Positions 3,914-5,049 of a DNA stretch of 5,049 bases are shown piece by piece; the stretch's first letter is position 1; each line of letters begins with the position of its first letter. Position numbers and translations under genes: made by a program. Below the pieces are notes generated by a model. The model searched no databases. It worked only from the letters and a program-made list of their open reading frames with translations, and was not told where the DNA came from. Source of the DNA: a virus; IMG/VR virus record IMGVR_UViG_3300022758_000133, positions 1 to 5,049 of that record; one strand, written 5' to 3'.

Positions 3914-4144
3914 ATGGCTACTGCGGCTTTTCGTTTGACTCTTAAAGACTTTGGCGTTTGCTGGCTTATCCCTGTCGAAGAAAGCTATGTTGGTCGTCGC
4001 AAGTTAGTGACTTGGACGCTTTATCGCGATCGCCCTTGGGCCGCTCTTTGTTCATTTCAGGTTCGTTTTCGTTCTTCTCGTGAGACGATTCTTCGTGAGC
4101 TTCATATTGCGTGTCTTGAAAAATGCCTTGCTTTCACCCGATAA
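3914..4144 (+). CDS. Hypothetical 76-aa protein (Arg/Trp/Cys-rich) overlapping the VP4 start by 22 nt.
   Basis: It is an ATG-initiated ORF from the track. 41 of 76 codons end in T, the same periodicity as VP1 and VP4, which supports real coding. There is no obvious SD and I recognise no family motif. Confidence 0.55.
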   Translation: MATAAFRLTLKDFGVCWLIPVEESYVGRRKLVTWTLYRDRPWAALCSFQVRFRSSRETILRELHIACLEKCLAFTR

Positions 4145-5040
4145 CAGCTTATCGACTCGCCGGATCTAAGACTAAAGACGATACTCGCAACGCTGTAACT
4201 TTTGATCCTTCGAAGGCTATTCCGTTTTCTGAGTTTAAGATTCCTTGCGGTCAATGCATTGGTTGTCGTCTTTCTAAGTCTCGTGAATGGGCTGCTCGAT
4301 GTGTAGTTGAAGCTAAGTCACATAAGAACAACATGTTTCTTACGCTGACTTATGATGATGCTCATTTGCCTGAAGATGGCTCTCTTCACTATGAGCACTT
4401 CCAGTTGTTCATGAAGCGCATGCGTAAATACTTCATGAGCCGTTTTGGTCAGCAACTTCGCTTTTTTATGTGCGGTGAGTATGGCGATAAGCTTGGTCGT
4501 CCTCACTATCACGCCATAATTTTTGGCGTGACGTTTGTAGATAAACAGCTCTGGTCGATTCGTCGAGGCAATAACTTATATCGTAGTCGTACGCTTGAGA
4601 AACTTTGGCCGTATGGTTTTAGTTCAATTGGCGCAGTCAATTTTGAGACTGCGGCTTATGTTGCTCGTTATGTTACGAAGAAAATCACAGGTCCTTTAAA
4701 GCTTGAGCATTATGACGGCAAAGTTGCTGAGTTTTGTCATTGCTCTTTAAAGCCTGGTATTGGTCATGATTTTTGTGAAAAGTACATGACTGACATTTAT
4801 ACTAATGACCGTCTTATTCTTAGTGAGAAGATAATGATGTCTCCTCCGGCTTACTTTGATAAGTTGCTTGAGCGTTCTGATATCGTTCGCTTTGAAGAGA
4901 TTAAGCGTCTTCGAGAAAAGCGAGGACGCGATTTTGAAGATACTGGCGAAGCTTCGCCGCAACGTCTATCAGTTCGTGAACGCGTCCAAGAACTGAAAGC
5001 CGCTAAACTCAGGCGCGTTATGGAAGAGAATCAATCATGA
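4123..5040 (+). CDS. VP4: VP4 rolling-circle replication initiator (HUH endonuclease superfamily), 305 aa.
   Basis: It begins MPCFHPITAY.., a typical gokushovirus VP4 N-terminus, and has a Cys cluster PCGQCIGCR. Motif 1 is FLTLTY. The HUH motif is RPHYHAIIF, with HYH at nt 4504-4512. The catalytic di-tyrosine helix is AAYVARYVTKK, with the two Tyr spaced i/i+4 as in the phiX174 A protein. The stop is TGA 5038-5040. Confidence 0.95.
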   Translation: MPCFHPITAYRLAGSKTKDDTRNAVTFDPSKAIPFSEFKIPCGQCIGCRLSKSREWAARCVVEAKSHKNNMFLTLTYDDAHLPEDGSLHYEHFQLFMKRMRKYFMSRFGQQLRFFMCGEYGDKLGRPHYHAIIFGVTFVDKQLWSIRRGNNLYRSRTLEKLWPYGFSSIGAVNFETAAYVARYVTKKITGPLKLEHYDGKVAEFCHCSLKPGIGHDFCEKYMTDIYTNDRLILSEKIMMSPPAYFDKLLERSDIVRFEEIKRLREKRGRDFEDTGEASPQRLSVRERVQELKAAKLRRVMEENQS

Positions 5041-5049
5041 TCCTTAAGG
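4923..5049. repeat. Terminal direct repeat, copy 2; identical to 1-127.
   Basis: It is an exact 127-nt match to the window start. It includes the VP4 stop and the VP5 ATG (5037-5039). Confidence 0.97.

Noticed and set aside
4318-4962. Minus-strand ORFs at 4318-4512 and 4747-4962.
   Set aside because: They are antisense to VP4, for the same reasons as above.
1-5049. Scan for CRISPR repeats, tRNA/rRNA, IS elements, integrase, toxin-antitoxin or defence genes.
   Set aside because: No regularly spaced short repeats or cloverleaf-like segments were seen. There are no ORFs beyond the microvirus set and the small candidates listed. The entire window is accounted for by a single phage genome.

Overview
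This window is a complete circular ssDNA microvirus genome (family Microviridae, Gokushovirinae-like), linearised with a wrap-around overlap. Bases 1-127 are identical to 4923-5049, so the genome unit is 4922 nt. All credible genes are on the + strand. The strand is visibly T-rich, with strong T bias at codon position 3, which I used as an internal test of coding frame. Gene order is VP4 (HUH rolling-circle replication initiator), VP5, VP3 (internal scaffold), a roughly 340-nt structured intergenic region, VP1 (major capsid), VP2 (DNA pilot/minor capsid), an ORF8-like small basic DNA-binding protein, a 76-aa orphan ORF, then back to VP4. Five observations need follow-up. (1) The intergenic region holds an 18-bp perfect inverted repeat whose 5-nt loop, with the first right-arm bases, reads ACTTG/AT, matching the core of the phiX174 gene-A nick site; it is a candidate replication origin. 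(2) VP2 is recognisable only by reading across four segments in three frames. VP5 has no in-frame start codon. All four disruptions are net +1 shifts at homopolymer runs, while VP1, VP3 and VP4 are intact. (3) A 20-codon, fully hydrophobic mini-ORF with a consensus AAGGAG Shine-Dalgarno (SD) site lies between VP1 and VP2. A 32-codon amphipathic ORF lies between VP2 and ORF8. Both are candidate membrane or lysis peptides in a subfamily where, as far as I recall, no lysis gene has been established. (4) The 76-aa orphan ORF overlaps the VP4 start. (5) Several terminator-like hairpins are present, including one directly upstream of VP1. There is no CRISPR array, tRNA, rRNA, integrase or transposase. 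All homology statements come from remembered family motifs, not from database searches.
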